A DNA stretch of 64,000 nt from a virus (Duplodnaviria; Heunggongvirae; Uroviricota; Caudoviricetes). How positions within the stretch are numbered: position 1 is the stretch's first letter; the number at the start of each line of letters is the position of its first letter. Below, one piece after another: positions 36,469-45,578 of this stretch. The position numbers were made by a program, and so were the translations under genes. The notes under the pieces are model-generated. The model saw only the letters and a list, made by a program, of their open reading frames with translations. It was not told the origin of the DNA and made no database searches. The DNA lies in the IMG/VR virus record IMGVR_UViG_3300031998_000001, positions 109,064 to 173,063 of that record, one strand, 5' to 3'.

Positions 36469-37320
36469 ATGCTGAAAGATATGGAAGGAAAGGAGTATAA
36501 AAACAGAGGCGTGGGTGTCGTAACGCTTGTTATGACATTCATAGGAGGCAAGGCTCACATACTTGCCAACCAGAGGGGCGACAAGACTTCCGAGCAGGGC
36601 TTGCTGTGGAACTTGCCGAGCGGATACCTCGACTGGAATGAAACTGCGGAGATGGCTGCGGCGAGGGAAATCAGGGAGGAGTGCGGTGTCGAAATTGCAC
36701 CGAGCGAACTCACGGAACTGGAACACTCGACAGACCCGGCGGAGAACAGGCAGAACATAATGTTCCGATACATTGCGGTCGTGGAAGCCGAACGCCTCCG
36801 CGACTTCAAGGCTATGGACGCGGACGAAGTTAGGGACATAAGGCTCATACCGCTTTCCGACATAGAGCAGTACAGGTGGGCTTGGGGGCAGAACCGCAAG
36901 ATATACCGCCTGATAAACAAGTACAACGAGTATGCGGAGAAGAAGGTTATGACATTCGGCAGGTTCAAGGGCTGTGTAATCGACGAAGCGTTTACAAGCC
37001 AGAATTGGGCATATCTCGAATGGGCTTATAAGAATGTCGGGGAAGTCGTAAAGTGGTTCAAGAACGGCTTGAAAAAGCCCCGTACGGCATATACGCCAAA
37101 GCCCGCTCCAAGCATCAGCCGATATTATGGCTCTGGACACGGCTACGGTGATGACGACGATGATGAGAACAGGCGTTGCGGGAACTGCCCGCACGGTGGC
37201 TACGACTCCTGTTCGGACTACTGCGATGCCTGTCGGCACGACCCAGACACGGGCTGGGGCGGGGAGACCGACCATAGCCTGTGCAGTGATAGCGAGGAGA
37301 CGGGCTGGGGTGGGGATTAG
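36469..37320 (+). CDS. Nudix hydrolase fused to DUF3820-like segment and Cys-rich acidic tail
   Basis: Nudix box GYLDWNETAEMAAAREIREECGV. Middle segment is FGRFKGCVIDE...YLEWAYKN. The tail is CGNCPHGGYDSCSDYCDACRHD plus two GWGG motifs. Confidence 0.65.
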   Translation: MLKDMEGKEYKNRGVGVVTLVMTFIGGKAHILANQRGDKTSEQGLLWNLPSGYLDWNETAEMAAAREIREECGVEIAPSELTELEHSTDPAENRQNIMFRYIAVVEAERLRDFKAMDADEVRDIRLIPLSDIEQYRWAWGQNRKIYRLINKYNEYAEKKVMTFGRFKGCVIDEAFTSQNWAYLEWAYKNVGEVVKWFKNGLKKPRTAYTPKPAPSISRYYGSGHGYGDDDDDENRRCGNCPHGGYDSCSDYCDACRHDPDTGWGGETDHSLCSDSEETGWGGD

Positions 37321-37323
37321 GAC

Positions 37324-37381
37324 TTTTTTCTGAAATCCCTATTTATTAACTATATATTAGTGTTGGAAAGGAAACAAAGAT
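37324..37381 (+). promoter_or_regulatory. conserved promoter/5'-UTR cassette, copy h
   Basis: TTTTTTCTGAAATCCCTATTTATTAACTATATATTAGTGTTGGAAAGGAAACAAAGAT, then ATG. Confidence 0.6.
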
Positions 37382-37624
37382 ATGATGACATTCAAGCAGA
37401 TAGAACAGAAGGGACGCTCGATGACACGCAAGGGCGAGTGCCAGCACATAGGCGATGCGGAACTCAACGGGCGCATATACCATTGCTACCTGTGCGACAA
37501 CTTCTGCCTCGCCAAGTACCGCTACAAGGTGATTTGCGAGGGTTGTGTGGTTTACACCTCGCACTTCGACATCGAACTTGTGGAGAAAGTTGAACAGAGA
37601 TTAAAGGAAAGGGATGCGGAATGA
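37382..37624 (+). CDS. small Cys-rich protein
   Basis: CQH...CYLC...C..C zinc-ribbon-like. Confidence 0.45.
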   Translation: MMTFKQIEQKGRSMTRKGECQHIGDAELNGRIYHCYLCDNFCLAKYRYKVICEGCVVYTSHFDIELVEKVEQRLKERDAE

Positions 37625-37875
37625 CTGGGAAAGAAATAGAAACGAACGGGCAGACTATGCGGGAGACGATAGCAGTCCTCGAAGCGCAGGTCAAGGCGAA
37701 GGACAAGGCAATCGCTCACCTTACCAATATGCTTCTCAAGGCGGAGGCTGCCCACAAGGAGCATTTCGGGGAAACGGAGAACTTCCGAGATGCCCTTTTC
37801 GAGTTCCTGTGGAAGCGCATAGAGCAACGGCTCTACGAGGTTGTCCCGAAGATTGTACAGGAAATGAACAAATAA
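37621..37875 (+). CDS. small coiled-coil protein
   Basis: ATGA start/stop overlap with the previous gene. Confidence 0.45.
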   Translation: MTGKEIETNGQTMRETIAVLEAQVKAKDKAIAHLTNMLLKAEAAHKEHFGETENFRDALFEFLWKRIEQRLYEVVPKIVQEMNK

Positions 37876-37895
37876 CATTTATAAGGACAAAGGAT

Positions 37896-38090
37896 ATGGC
37901 AAAGGTTGTATTAAGCGAAAAGATAAGCGATGCGGATAATTGCCCGTTTGCAAAGTTTGATTACCAGAAGGATGTGCATATGTGCCTCTTCGGGCTGTAC
38001 CAGCGCAGGTGTATGGCGGAGGACGCATACAGCGGCGGCTTCAACTTGGGAATGTGTGATTTTGTGGATAACGAAAATCAGGAGGATTGA
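37896..38090 (+). CDS. small Cys protein, tandem pair member 1
   Basis: MAKVVLSEK..CPFAKFDYQKD...MCDFVDNE. Paralogue of 38094. Confidence 0.4.
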   Translation: MAKVVLSEKISDADNCPFAKFDYQKDVHMCLFGLYQRRCMAEDAYSGGFNLGMCDFVDNENQED

Positions 38091-38093
38091 CAA

Positions 38094-38282
38094 ATGGCAA
38101 AACTTTTGTTGGACGGAAAACTGAAATGTGCGGTCGAGTGCCCGTTCGAGAACTATGACCGCACGCTCGACAGGACATTCTGCAAGTTGAGCACGAAGGA
38201 ATGTACTGCCGAATCTGCGCTCAACCATAGTTTCGATATAACTATGTGCGACTATGTTACTGACAATATAAAATATAAATGA
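38094..38282 (+). CDS. small Cys protein, tandem pair member 2
   Basis: MAKLLLDGK..CPFENYDRTLD...MCDYVTDN. Confidence 0.4.
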   Translation: MAKLLLDGKLKCAVECPFENYDRTLDRTFCKLSTKECTAESALNHSFDITMCDYVTDNIKYK

Positions 38283-38283
38283 T

Positions 38284-38562
38284 ATGGCACAGAAATTTTA
38301 TTTTACATTCGGGTGCGGGATTGACGCACCGCACCGCAACTGCTACACGGTGATAGAGGCTGGTAGTTTTATGGAGGCAAGGAACATAATGATTGAACGC
38401 TTCGGCAGGGAATGGGCTTTCCAGTACGACGAGAAGTCGTGGTACATCGACCCCAAGACGGACGAAAATTTTAAGTTCAAGGCGCGTATGCACGGCATCG
38501 ACGCAAATCGCACCGAGCCTATTTCGCAGGCGGAACTTTACGGTTTGAGGGAAATAAAATAG
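38284..38562 (+). CDS. hypothetical protein
   Basis: ORF. Confidence 0.45.
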   Translation: MAQKFYFTFGCGIDAPHRNCYTVIEAGSFMEARNIMIERFGREWAFQYDEKSWYIDPKTDENFKFKARMHGIDANRTEPISQAELYGLREIK

Positions 38563-38566
38563 GCGT

Positions 38567-38863
38567 ATGAGAAAGTATATCATAACATATTGGATTAGGA
38601 ATGTCGGTGAGAACTACTCGAAGTTCTACGAGGCGATAAAGGCGAACTTCCCCGACCATACGCATCCGCAGGAAAACCTGTGGGTTGTTCGGAGCGATGA
38701 CACGGCAAGGCGCATAGCGGACAAAATAAAGCCGTTTATGAAGGATAATGATTCGCTGTTCGTCTCGGAGATAACCGACGACCACGCTGGCTGGATGCCG
38801 AAGACTATGTGGGAATGGATGTTGGAATGTACAACAAAGGAAATAAAGGAACGCCGTGGATAA
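38567..38863 (+). CDS. hypothetical protein
   Basis: ORF. Confidence 0.45.
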   Translation: MRKYIITYWIRNVGENYSKFYEAIKANFPDHTHPQENLWVVRSDDTARRIADKIKPFMKDNDSLFVSEITDDHAGWMPKTMWEWMLECTTKEIKERRG

Positions 38864-39311
38864 CAAGTTTGAAATAAACAGGACGGACAACGGGCTTGAG
38901 TTCCTTACGAGGAAGGACGCGCCAGAGTACATATTGTGCGCAGCGATACACTATGACAACGGCATAGAGTACAAGTTCCAGAAGTTGTACGGCATAAGCA
39001 CTGGCTTCGTGCTGTGCGGTTTCCGACACCCGTACATAATAGATGTGCTTCCGACCAACCCGTACTTCCTGAAAAGGCTTTACGAGGACGAGGAGATAGA
39101 CGAGGCGGAGAGGCAGAAGTACGAGGAACTCAAATACAAGTACGGCTGGCAGGAAAAGGACTTGCTACGATGCGAGACCACGCAGGGCTTCCTCACGAGC
39201 AAGGGGCGTTTCGTCAACCGCGAGGAAGCGTTGGCTATCGCCCGCAAGGTCGGTCAGGTGAAGGACGACGCTGGCTACAAGGGCGAACTTTTTTCGGAGG
39301 ACTTGTACTGA
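38856..39311 (+). CDS. hypothetical protein (GTG start)
   Basis: There is no in-frame ATG in the whole ORF. GTG at 38856 overlaps the upstream stop. Confidence 0.4.
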   Translation: MDNKFEINRTDNGLEFLTRKDAPEYILCAAIHYDNGIEYKFQKLYGISTGFVLCGFRHPYIIDVLPTNPYFLKRLYEDEEIDEAERQKYEELKYKYGWQEKDLLRCETTQGFLTSKGRFVNREEALAIARKVGQVKDDAGYKGELFSEDLY

Positions 39312-39373
39312 AATCATCATATATTTCCAATATATTATGTACGGAAAGATATATGCAATAAACGGACAAGGAA
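39307..39373 (+). promoter_or_regulatory. promoter cassette variant, copy i
   Basis: ACTGAAATCATCATATATTTCCAATATATTATGTACGGAAAGATATATGCAA. Confidence 0.45.
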
Positions 39374-39904
39374 ATGCTTGATGTGATATACATACAATCG
39401 ACACCCGACACCCTTGAATTTGAAGAAATGTTCAGGGGGCTGGATGCCAGCATCCTCGTAAATCCGACTTATGGACGGATAAACGACTTTCTGGCATCGT
39501 CGAGCAACAGGCTGCTTATCTGCGGTCACGGGACGGAGTTCGGGCTGTTCAACCCGTCTATGGACGACTATTGCATAGACAGGAGCAATGTCCACCTTCT
39601 TTCGGGAAGGGAAGTAATCGGGATATGGTGCTTCGCTGGGAACTTCGCCGACAGGTACAACCTGCACGGGTTCTTTACCTCTATGTTCGTTTCCAATGTG
39701 AACGAGGCGTTGGACTTGGGCTTCACGGCGGACGCGGAAACAATATCGAGGGAAAACACATTCTTCTCGGCGCAGGTGCGGAGGCTCATAGAGGATAATG
39801 TCCCGCTGTCGCAATGGGCGGGGATACTTCGGGGCAACGCCCACGCGGACATACCTTTTGTGAGGTACAACTACGAGGCGTTGGCATACTATCCAGAACA
39901 ATGA
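39374..39904 (+). CDS. hypothetical protein (HGT...VHL motif pair)
   Basis: ORF after the cassette. See finding for the motif pair. Confidence 0.5.
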   Translation: MLDVIYIQSTPDTLEFEEMFRGLDASILVNPTYGRINDFLASSSNRLLICGHGTEFGLFNPSMDDYCIDRSNVHLLSGREVIGIWCFAGNFADRYNLHGFFTSMFVSNVNEALDLGFTADAETISRENTFFSAQVRRLIEDNVPLSQWAGILRGNAHADIPFVRYNYEALAYYPEQ

Positions 39905-39920
39905 CTTAAAGGCAAAAAAT

Positions 39921-40490
39921 ATGGAAAGGAAGAGAGTGGAATACTATATTAACGGAAAGTTCTTCAAGTCCTGCGCATACTCGAAGTGGGACAAACTTGA
40001 CACGCAAATCGACAACCTCATCGACAGGAAGGGCTATGTCTATGTTTACAGTGACCACTTCAAGGGGATAAGCCACAAGGCGAAGGTCTATGCCAACCCC
40101 TCGAAGGGAAGGTGCATAACGGTCGAGTACAAGATTTTCACGGGCTACACGGATGCACGCAAGAACAGGCTCTACGAGGGCGACTATGTGAAGAACATAG
40201 GTTTATGGAACTCAATGGAGGGCGAACTCAACCACAGGGCACTGGTGACCGGGGATTCGGGCGGCTACTATGTCAGGAACTATGAGTCTGGCTACGACTA
40301 CGACTTGGAGGATAGCGTGTTCGGGGACTTGGTTAAGGTGAAGGATGTCAACGGCACTCCGAAGAAATACTGGAAGAATCCGCAGGCGGAAAAGGACAAG
40401 CCCAAGAAGGCGGAGGAAACGGTCGTCGTGTATGGGGGCTTGGACGACATTGTGTTTTCAAAATGTTCAACTGAAAAATCCTTACTATGA
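39921..40490 (+). CDS. hypothetical protein
   Basis: ORF. Confidence 0.5.
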   Translation: MERKRVEYYINGKFFKSCAYSKWDKLDTQIDNLIDRKGYVYVYSDHFKGISHKAKVYANPSKGRCITVEYKIFTGYTDARKNRLYEGDYVKNIGLWNSMEGELNHRALVTGDSGGYYVRNYESGYDYDLEDSVFGDLVKVKDVNGTPKKYWKNPQAEKDKPKKAEETVVVYGGLDDIVFSKCSTEKSLL

Positions 40491-40954
40491 TAGACGAGAG
40501 TAAATTTAAGAAATTTGAGAAGAGCGAGCGCAGTTCGTTCGCGTACTGGTTCAACCACTGGCGGGCGTTCAACGCGGTCGCCCGCGACCTCGGTGCTTGG
40601 AGGTTCAAGTACCTGTTCCACGACTTCGGCAAGCCGTGGCTCAAACTCCTCTGGGGCGACTACTCCCGCGTGCAGAAGTGGCACAGGGAGCACAACGACC
40701 ACCACATAGAGTACAAGGGCGGAAAGATTGACTGGGAGGCACTCGTTATTGACTGGGAGTGTTCAAGGTACACGAAGAAGGCATCACCTCTCACCGCGAG
40801 GGAGGAGGCTTGGATGCAGTACACGCACGGGGAACTCTCACCAATGGACTACGAGATGATACTGGCTACTGCGGACAAACTCGGTCTTGACAAGAGTTAC
40901 AGGTCGCTGCCGTTGCACAAGGAGTTCTTGCACAAGCATCAAAATGTTGAATAG
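40487..40954 (+). CDS. hypothetical protein, possible HD-motif phosphohydrolase
   Basis: NHW...LFHDFGKP...HREHNDHH gives an H..HD..H..H pattern. Weak. Confidence 0.45.
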   Translation: MIDESKFKKFEKSERSSFAYWFNHWRAFNAVARDLGAWRFKYLFHDFGKPWLKLLWGDYSRVQKWHREHNDHHIEYKGGKIDWEALVIDWECSRYTKKASPLTAREEAWMQYTHGELSPMDYEMILATADKLGLDKSYRSLPLHKEFLHKHQNVE

Positions 40955-40956
40955 AT

Positions 40957-41337
40957 ATGGCTACGGAAATGGATGGCAGGATAGGCAGTCCGCTGGCGAA
41001 AGGGACGAAAGTCCGCAAGGTGTCGGGCAAGCCGTTCAAGTCGCATAAATGGGTGAACACCATAAGGGGGGTTGAAGAAATCACCAATCCCGCAGGCAAG
41101 ACGGTTACGGCGTATGTGTTCGACGAGGACGACAGTTTCGTGGCTTGCGACCTGTGCGTTGAAGATACAACGAAAGAGCAGGACATTACGCAACGGGAGA
41201 AAGAGATATGTCAGGCTGCCGACGACTTGGGACTTTGGCGAGCAGGCAAGGCGTTGTTCATACTTGGCGCAAAGTGGGCTGATGAACACCCGAAGTTCGC
41301 TTCTCCAGATATTGATAGCAATAATGAGAAAGGATAG
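40957..41337 (+). CDS. hypothetical protein
   Basis: ORF. Confidence 0.5.
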   Translation: MATEMDGRIGSPLAKGTKVRKVSGKPFKSHKWVNTIRGVEEITNPAGKTVTAYVFDEDDSFVACDLCVEDTTKEQDITQREKEICQAADDLGLWRAGKALFILGAKWADEHPKFASPDIDSNNEKG

Positions 41338-41339
41338 TT

Positions 41340-41849
41340 ATGGAAAAGGAAAGGAAAGAAACATTAAAGGATATGTTCGCCGACCGCAAGTGCATAGCGG
41401 TGGGGCAGGAAAACCCGAATGTGTGCATTGACTTCAGCGACCTGTGCAGGTGCATCGACGAGATATTCGAGAAGGCATCGGAGAACGAGCGGATGAAGAA
41501 GGACGGGCGGTTGCTCGCCGAAGTCCTCGCTGGGAAGAAGAAGGAGATGTTCGATATGTGCCTCGCCTTCGTGAAGAACTATGTCAGGGAACACGGGCTT
41601 AAAAGGAACAGGAACAATACGCTCTCGGTTGATGTGGGCAAGTGGGACATCCTGTACCGTTTCGGGTACAACGAGGACGGCTGGTGTACGCTCGACTATG
41701 TGGAGTATGTTCCCGACAAGGACGAACTCCGCTACCTGATAATCGACGAGGAGACTGGCAACCCGTTCAGGAACGAGAAGTTCGAGGTGGGCGACTACGC
41801 CTTGCTCGAACAGGTATTCGATATGATGGTTAGATTAAATAATGATTAG
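41340..41849 (+). CDS. hypothetical protein
   Basis: ORF. Confidence 0.5.
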   Translation: MEKERKETLKDMFADRKCIAVGQENPNVCIDFSDLCRCIDEIFEKASENERMKKDGRLLAEVLAGKKKEMFDMCLAFVKNYVREHGLKRNRNNTLSVDVGKWDILYRFGYNEDGWCTLDYVEYVPDKDELRYLIIDEETGNPFRNEKFEVGDYALLEQVFDMMVRLNND

Positions 41850-41852
41850 TAT

Positions 41853-42284
41853 ATGGACACACATATCAAGAAAGTAAATGAAATGGAGCAGTCGGAGTTC
41901 ATTGACGACTGCGAGATACGCGAGAAGGTGTGCCAGATGGCGGGGATAGACGACATCGGCGAGTTCTCGGACGGCTTCCATACATTCAATTCGCTCTATC
42001 GGCAGAGGTGCGTGCTTTTCGCCGCGCTCGTGAACTCGTACCCGCAGATAAGTTGGAAGTCGAAACGGCACGATGACGGCGAACTGTGCTTCGGCGGGGG
42101 CTGGTTCATAGTGGGCATAGACACGCCCGAAGGCTCGTACACATACCACTACGAGTTGAAGGACTGGGATATGTTCAGGTGCAAGGAACTTGAAAGGGGC
42201 AAGAAGTGGGACGGACACACGGATGCCGATGTGGAACGCCTGCTCTCGCTCGATGCGTATAACAAATATGCGAAGGTATGGTAA
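41853..42284 (+). CDS. hypothetical protein
   Basis: ORF. Confidence 0.5.
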   Translation: MDTHIKKVNEMEQSEFIDDCEIREKVCQMAGIDDIGEFSDGFHTFNSLYRQRCVLFAALVNSYPQISWKSKRHDDGELCFGGGWFIVGIDTPEGSYTYHYELKDWDMFRCKELERGKKWDGHTDADVERLLSLDAYNKYAKVW

Positions 42285-43078
42285 GGGAAAGGATAGTTGA
42301 CTACGAACTTGCGTCAATGCTGAAGGACGCTGGCTTTGATGCCCCTGTGGAAAGGGTGATATACCCAGACGGGACTGTTATGTTCATTGATGAGAACAGC
42401 GTGTCGAGGGACAAGCACATTGAACTCCCGAACTCGAAACTCAATATATGGGACTCCTGCGTCTCCGCGCCCACGCTCGATATGGCGTGCGAGTGGATGC
42501 TCTCGGAGAAGGGGCTGTTCGTCGCGGTGTTCTGCTCGACTGACGGGCGGTGGTTCTCGTACAGGCTCTACTCGGACAAGGGCGAGAGGTTCGTCCTGCT
42601 CGGCGACTACGGGGACGAGTACAAGGCGACAGACCCAGTTGCTGCGAGGGCAATGGGCTTGCGCAATGCGCTTATGCTCGAACTCCCGACGAGGGATAAC
42701 GGTGATGGATGTTTAACTGAAAATGGCAATACGATGAAAGACAACGAAAAGAACTTTGGCAAGTACGCTCTTGCCTTCAATACGGAGGGCAAGGAGGGTT
42801 CACCCGAAACCGTTGTGATGAAGAGGGAATTGCAGATGGATTGCAAGACCGTCGGCAACTGCACGGACGAGCGTCCGAGCGACGAGTGGATACGGAGGTT
42901 CATAACGGCTTCCTGTGGCTGGCTGAAGAAGAACTCCGTAGGCTTCGTGATGGAGGATGAGAAAGGCAACGAGGTGATGTTCAACGGCTGCCACCTTGTT
43001 GACGGGGATGCGCTCGCCAATGCGTATCGGGAATACTTCGAGAAGCACTGGCTCGGCAGACCGAAGTCGGAAAAATAA
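42278..43078 (+). CDS. hypothetical protein
   Basis: ORF. Confidence 0.5.
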   Translation: MVRERIVDYELASMLKDAGFDAPVERVIYPDGTVMFIDENSVSRDKHIELPNSKLNIWDSCVSAPTLDMACEWMLSEKGLFVAVFCSTDGRWFSYRLYSDKGERFVLLGDYGDEYKATDPVAARAMGLRNALMLELPTRDNGDGCLTENGNTMKDNEKNFGKYALAFNTEGKEGSPETVVMKRELQMDCKTVGNCTDERPSDEWIRRFITASCGWLKKNSVGFVMEDEKGNEVMFNGCHLVDGDALANAYREYFEKHWLGRPKSEK

Positions 43079-43107
43079 TATAAATAGGTTATATATAATG
43101 ATTTGCT

Positions 43108-43425
43108 ATGGACAATACCAACGGAAACACGGACAAGAGGATAGTGTGCAGGATTGATGTACGCAGGTACGGCTGGAATATTGATGCAGGGATGGAGTGC
43201 GAACTGTGCCTCCGCTCGCTTGGCTTCGACTATGTGTCGCTCGACAAGCGCAAAGGCTCCCACGGGGCTGAACTCTACATACCAGAAGAGGACAGGGAAC
43301 GCTTCGAGAAGGAGGTGGTCAACAGGACGCTCGTGGGCGAGTGGCGCACTTTCCACATCAGCCAGATGTCTGGCTTCGGTATGGCACGCTGGGGGTTGTA
43401 CTATGTGAGTTACGGACGCAAGTAA
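43108..43425 (+). CDS. hypothetical protein
   Basis: ORF. Confidence 0.45.
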   Translation: MDNTNGNTDKRIVCRIDVRRYGWNIDAGMECELCLRSLGFDYVSLDKRKGSHGAELYIPEEDRERFEKEVVNRTLVGEWRTFHISQMSGFGMARWGLYYVSYGRK

Positions 43426-43436
43426 ACCGAAACAAA

Positions 43437-43763
43437 ATGGCATACTATATTGCGAAGGAGGCTGGGCTGTACATTCTCTTCACGGGGAAATACAGGCGCA
43501 TCGATACCGTCCACCTGTTCGACAGGTACTACAACTATCGGGCGGAGATTGACGGCGACCGCTGGTACGGTGCTTTCGGGGAGCAGGAAATCAAGGGGAA
43601 GTGGCACTACTTCAGCGAAGCACCCGTGAGGGTCAAAAAGAAGGAGTGGGATGCGCTCTATGACAGCATAGTGAAGATAGGGAGGATGAAGGACTTGTAT
43701 ATGACAACAGCAAAAATATTGTATTCAAACCATAAAAGGAAAGGAAGTAAGAATGGCAAGTAG
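43437..43763 (+). CDS. hypothetical protein
   Basis: ATG MAYYIAKEAG, in-frame with track ORF 43341. Confidence 0.45.
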   Translation: MAYYIAKEAGLYILFTGKYRRIDTVHLFDRYYNYRAEIDGDRWYGAFGEQEIKGKWHYFSEAPVRVKKKEWDALYDSIVKIGRMKDLYMTTAKILYSNHKRKGSKNGK

Positions 43764-44019
43764 CAAGGAAGAGAAAGGAAAATACTCGGTGGTGCTTTTC
43801 TTCGAGAGAAACCAATGCAGGACATTCACCTGCACAGGGCATTCGCCGATATTCGAGGAATACTGGCAGGCACTGGAAACATACGCGAACACCCCGAACC
43901 CAGCCTCTCGGCTCATATCGGCTGACGATATGAAGACGCTCACATTGAGGATGAACGAGACGAAGGCGGAGATGAGTAACATTTTGTTCGTGAAGGAACA
44001 TATTGACCCGTATCTCTAA
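43753..44019 (+). CDS. hypothetical protein
   Basis: ORF. Confidence 0.4.
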   Translation: MASSKEEKGKYSVVLFFERNQCRTFTCTGHSPIFEEYWQALETYANTPNPASRLISADDMKTLTLRMNETKAEMSNILFVKEHIDPYL

Positions 44020-44031
44020 ACAGGCTGGACT

Positions 44032-44238
44032 ATGGACGGAAGGAAAGTTATGCGGGAGGTGGTGCTGTGCAGGGACTGCAAGCACCGCGCGAAGTATGCG
44101 GAGGGAAGGGAGGACGACTGCACGGGATTCGCCCTCGACTTTCCAGACAGCGTTTGCCCGTGCCAGTGCGAGGACGGGTGGTACTCGTGGCGACCAGCCG
44201 ACGACTGGTTCTGCCCGAAAGGTGAACTTGACGACTGA
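44032..44238 (+). CDS. small Cys-rich protein
   Basis: CRDCKH...CPCQCEDG...C. Confidence 0.4.
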   Translation: MDGRKVMREVVLCRDCKHRAKYAEGREDDCTGFALDFPDSVCPCQCEDGWYSWRPADDWFCPKGELDD

Positions 44239-44263
44239 TATAAATATTTTGTGAACTATACGA

Positions 44264-44316
44264 TTTTTCTGAAATCACAATAGATAAACTATATATTAGT
44301 GTTGGAAAGAAATTCA
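44264..44316 (+). promoter_or_regulatory. conserved promoter/5'-UTR cassette, copy j
   Basis: TTTTTCTGAAATCACAATAGATAAACTATATATTAGTGTTGGAAAGAAATTCA, then ATG. Confidence 0.6.
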
Positions 44317-44754
44317 ATGGCTATGTTTCTACAGAAGTGCGGATTGAGAAGATACACGGGGAAGTCGGTTGACGGGCTTCGTAAAATCGGGTATGAGACC
44401 GATGTGTTGCAGGGCGAACCCTGCCTTATGACGCTCTGCCTCCGACAGCCACAGCCGATGGCGGTTTCGTGCGAGAACGACAAACTCACGCTGGAGAGGG
44501 ACGCAATCGACTGCAACGGCAACGAGGACTTGTTCCTCGCTCTGGCTGCCCTCAACGACGAGACGGACTATATGCAGTGGTTCGTTTCGAGCGGTCAGTT
44601 GCCAGAGTGGATACGCCACGAAGAGAGGGGCAGGAGGTTCAAGGACTGCGCTGGATACTACCGCAACCTTGCGGGCATAGCCGACATAGCGAAGTTCCAC
44701 AAGGCTTCGGTTTCCGAACTTGTGGTTCACTTCGGAGGCACGCAGGACAAATGA
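44317..44754 (+). CDS. hypothetical protein
   Basis: ATG right after the cassette, in-frame with track ORF 44299. Confidence 0.5.
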   Translation: MAMFLQKCGLRRYTGKSVDGLRKIGYETDVLQGEPCLMTLCLRQPQPMAVSCENDKLTLERDAIDCNGNEDLFLALAALNDETDYMQWFVSSGQLPEWIRHEERGRRFKDCAGYYRNLAGIADIAKFHKASVSELVVHFGGTQDK

Positions 44755-44773
44755 TAATTAAACATTTACCGAT

Positions 44774-44995
44774 ATGAACAGTATGTATATTGCAAGGGAC
44801 GAAGACGGGTCGCTGAACCTATACAGGGGGAAGCCCGCAAGAAATGACAGCGAATGGTATCCAGTGGATGTTGACGGGAAGTTCTCGGAATGCTTCTTTG
44901 AACTCAACGAGAGCCTGTTCCCCGAAGTCAAGTGGACGGACAAAGAGCCGACAATGGTTGAACTTCACATAGTCGGGGATAAGATAGCGGAATAG
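44774..44995 (+). CDS. hypothetical small protein
   Basis: ORF. Confidence 0.4.
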   Translation: MNSMYIARDEDGSLNLYRGKPARNDSEWYPVDVDGKFSECFFELNESLFPEVKWTDKEPTMVELHIVGDKIAE

Positions 44996-44999
44996 CGAA

Positions 45000-45575
45000 A
45001 TGTCATTATTGAGCAGGATAATCGGGTTTTTTAACAAAAGCAAGGACAAGATGGAAGATTACAGGGAAGAATATCAGGCGGAGCATCCAGACATAGACTT
45101 GGAGGCGAAGCGTTTTGAGCAGGAGCACGCGGAGGAGATAGCGAATATGCCGATAAAGGTCGAGGTCGTCTCCCACACCGAGCCGAAGATTTACGAGAGC
45201 AACACTGGTCGGGATGTAACGCCAGACAGGAGTTCGGGAAGGAAGCCGAAGTCCTCGCAGGCGGTAGCAACACAGGACAACGGCTCGTTTGACGAGGGCT
45301 ACCAGCAGGGCTACGCAGCGGGGTTTGCGGACGGTCAGGAGAGCGTGCCGAAGCCGAAGGCTGTGTCGGGCGAAGTTCAGGAAAGGGACGAGGCGGTATG
45401 CACGAAGCCCGTGCCGAAGGACATAAAGGTCTTCCGCATAGAGTTCAAGGGCGGAAGAAAGTTGTCGTGCATAGCGGAGTCCATAGGGCAGGCAATCGCA
45501 CGCATAGGCAGGGACAGCGACATCAGCGAGGTGGTGTCGATAGGCGAGGACACGGAGATAATAAACGCACTGTAG
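45000..45575 (+). CDS. hypothetical protein
   Basis: ORF. Confidence 0.5.
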   Translation: MSLLSRIIGFFNKSKDKMEDYREEYQAEHPDIDLEAKRFEQEHAEEIANMPIKVEVVSHTEPKIYESNTGRDVTPDRSSGRKPKSSQAVATQDNGSFDEGYQQGYAAGFADGQESVPKPKAVSGEVQERDEAVCTKPVPKDIKVFRIEFKGGRKLSCIAESIGQAIARIGRDSDISEVVSIGEDTEIINAL

Positions 45576-45578
45576 GGT

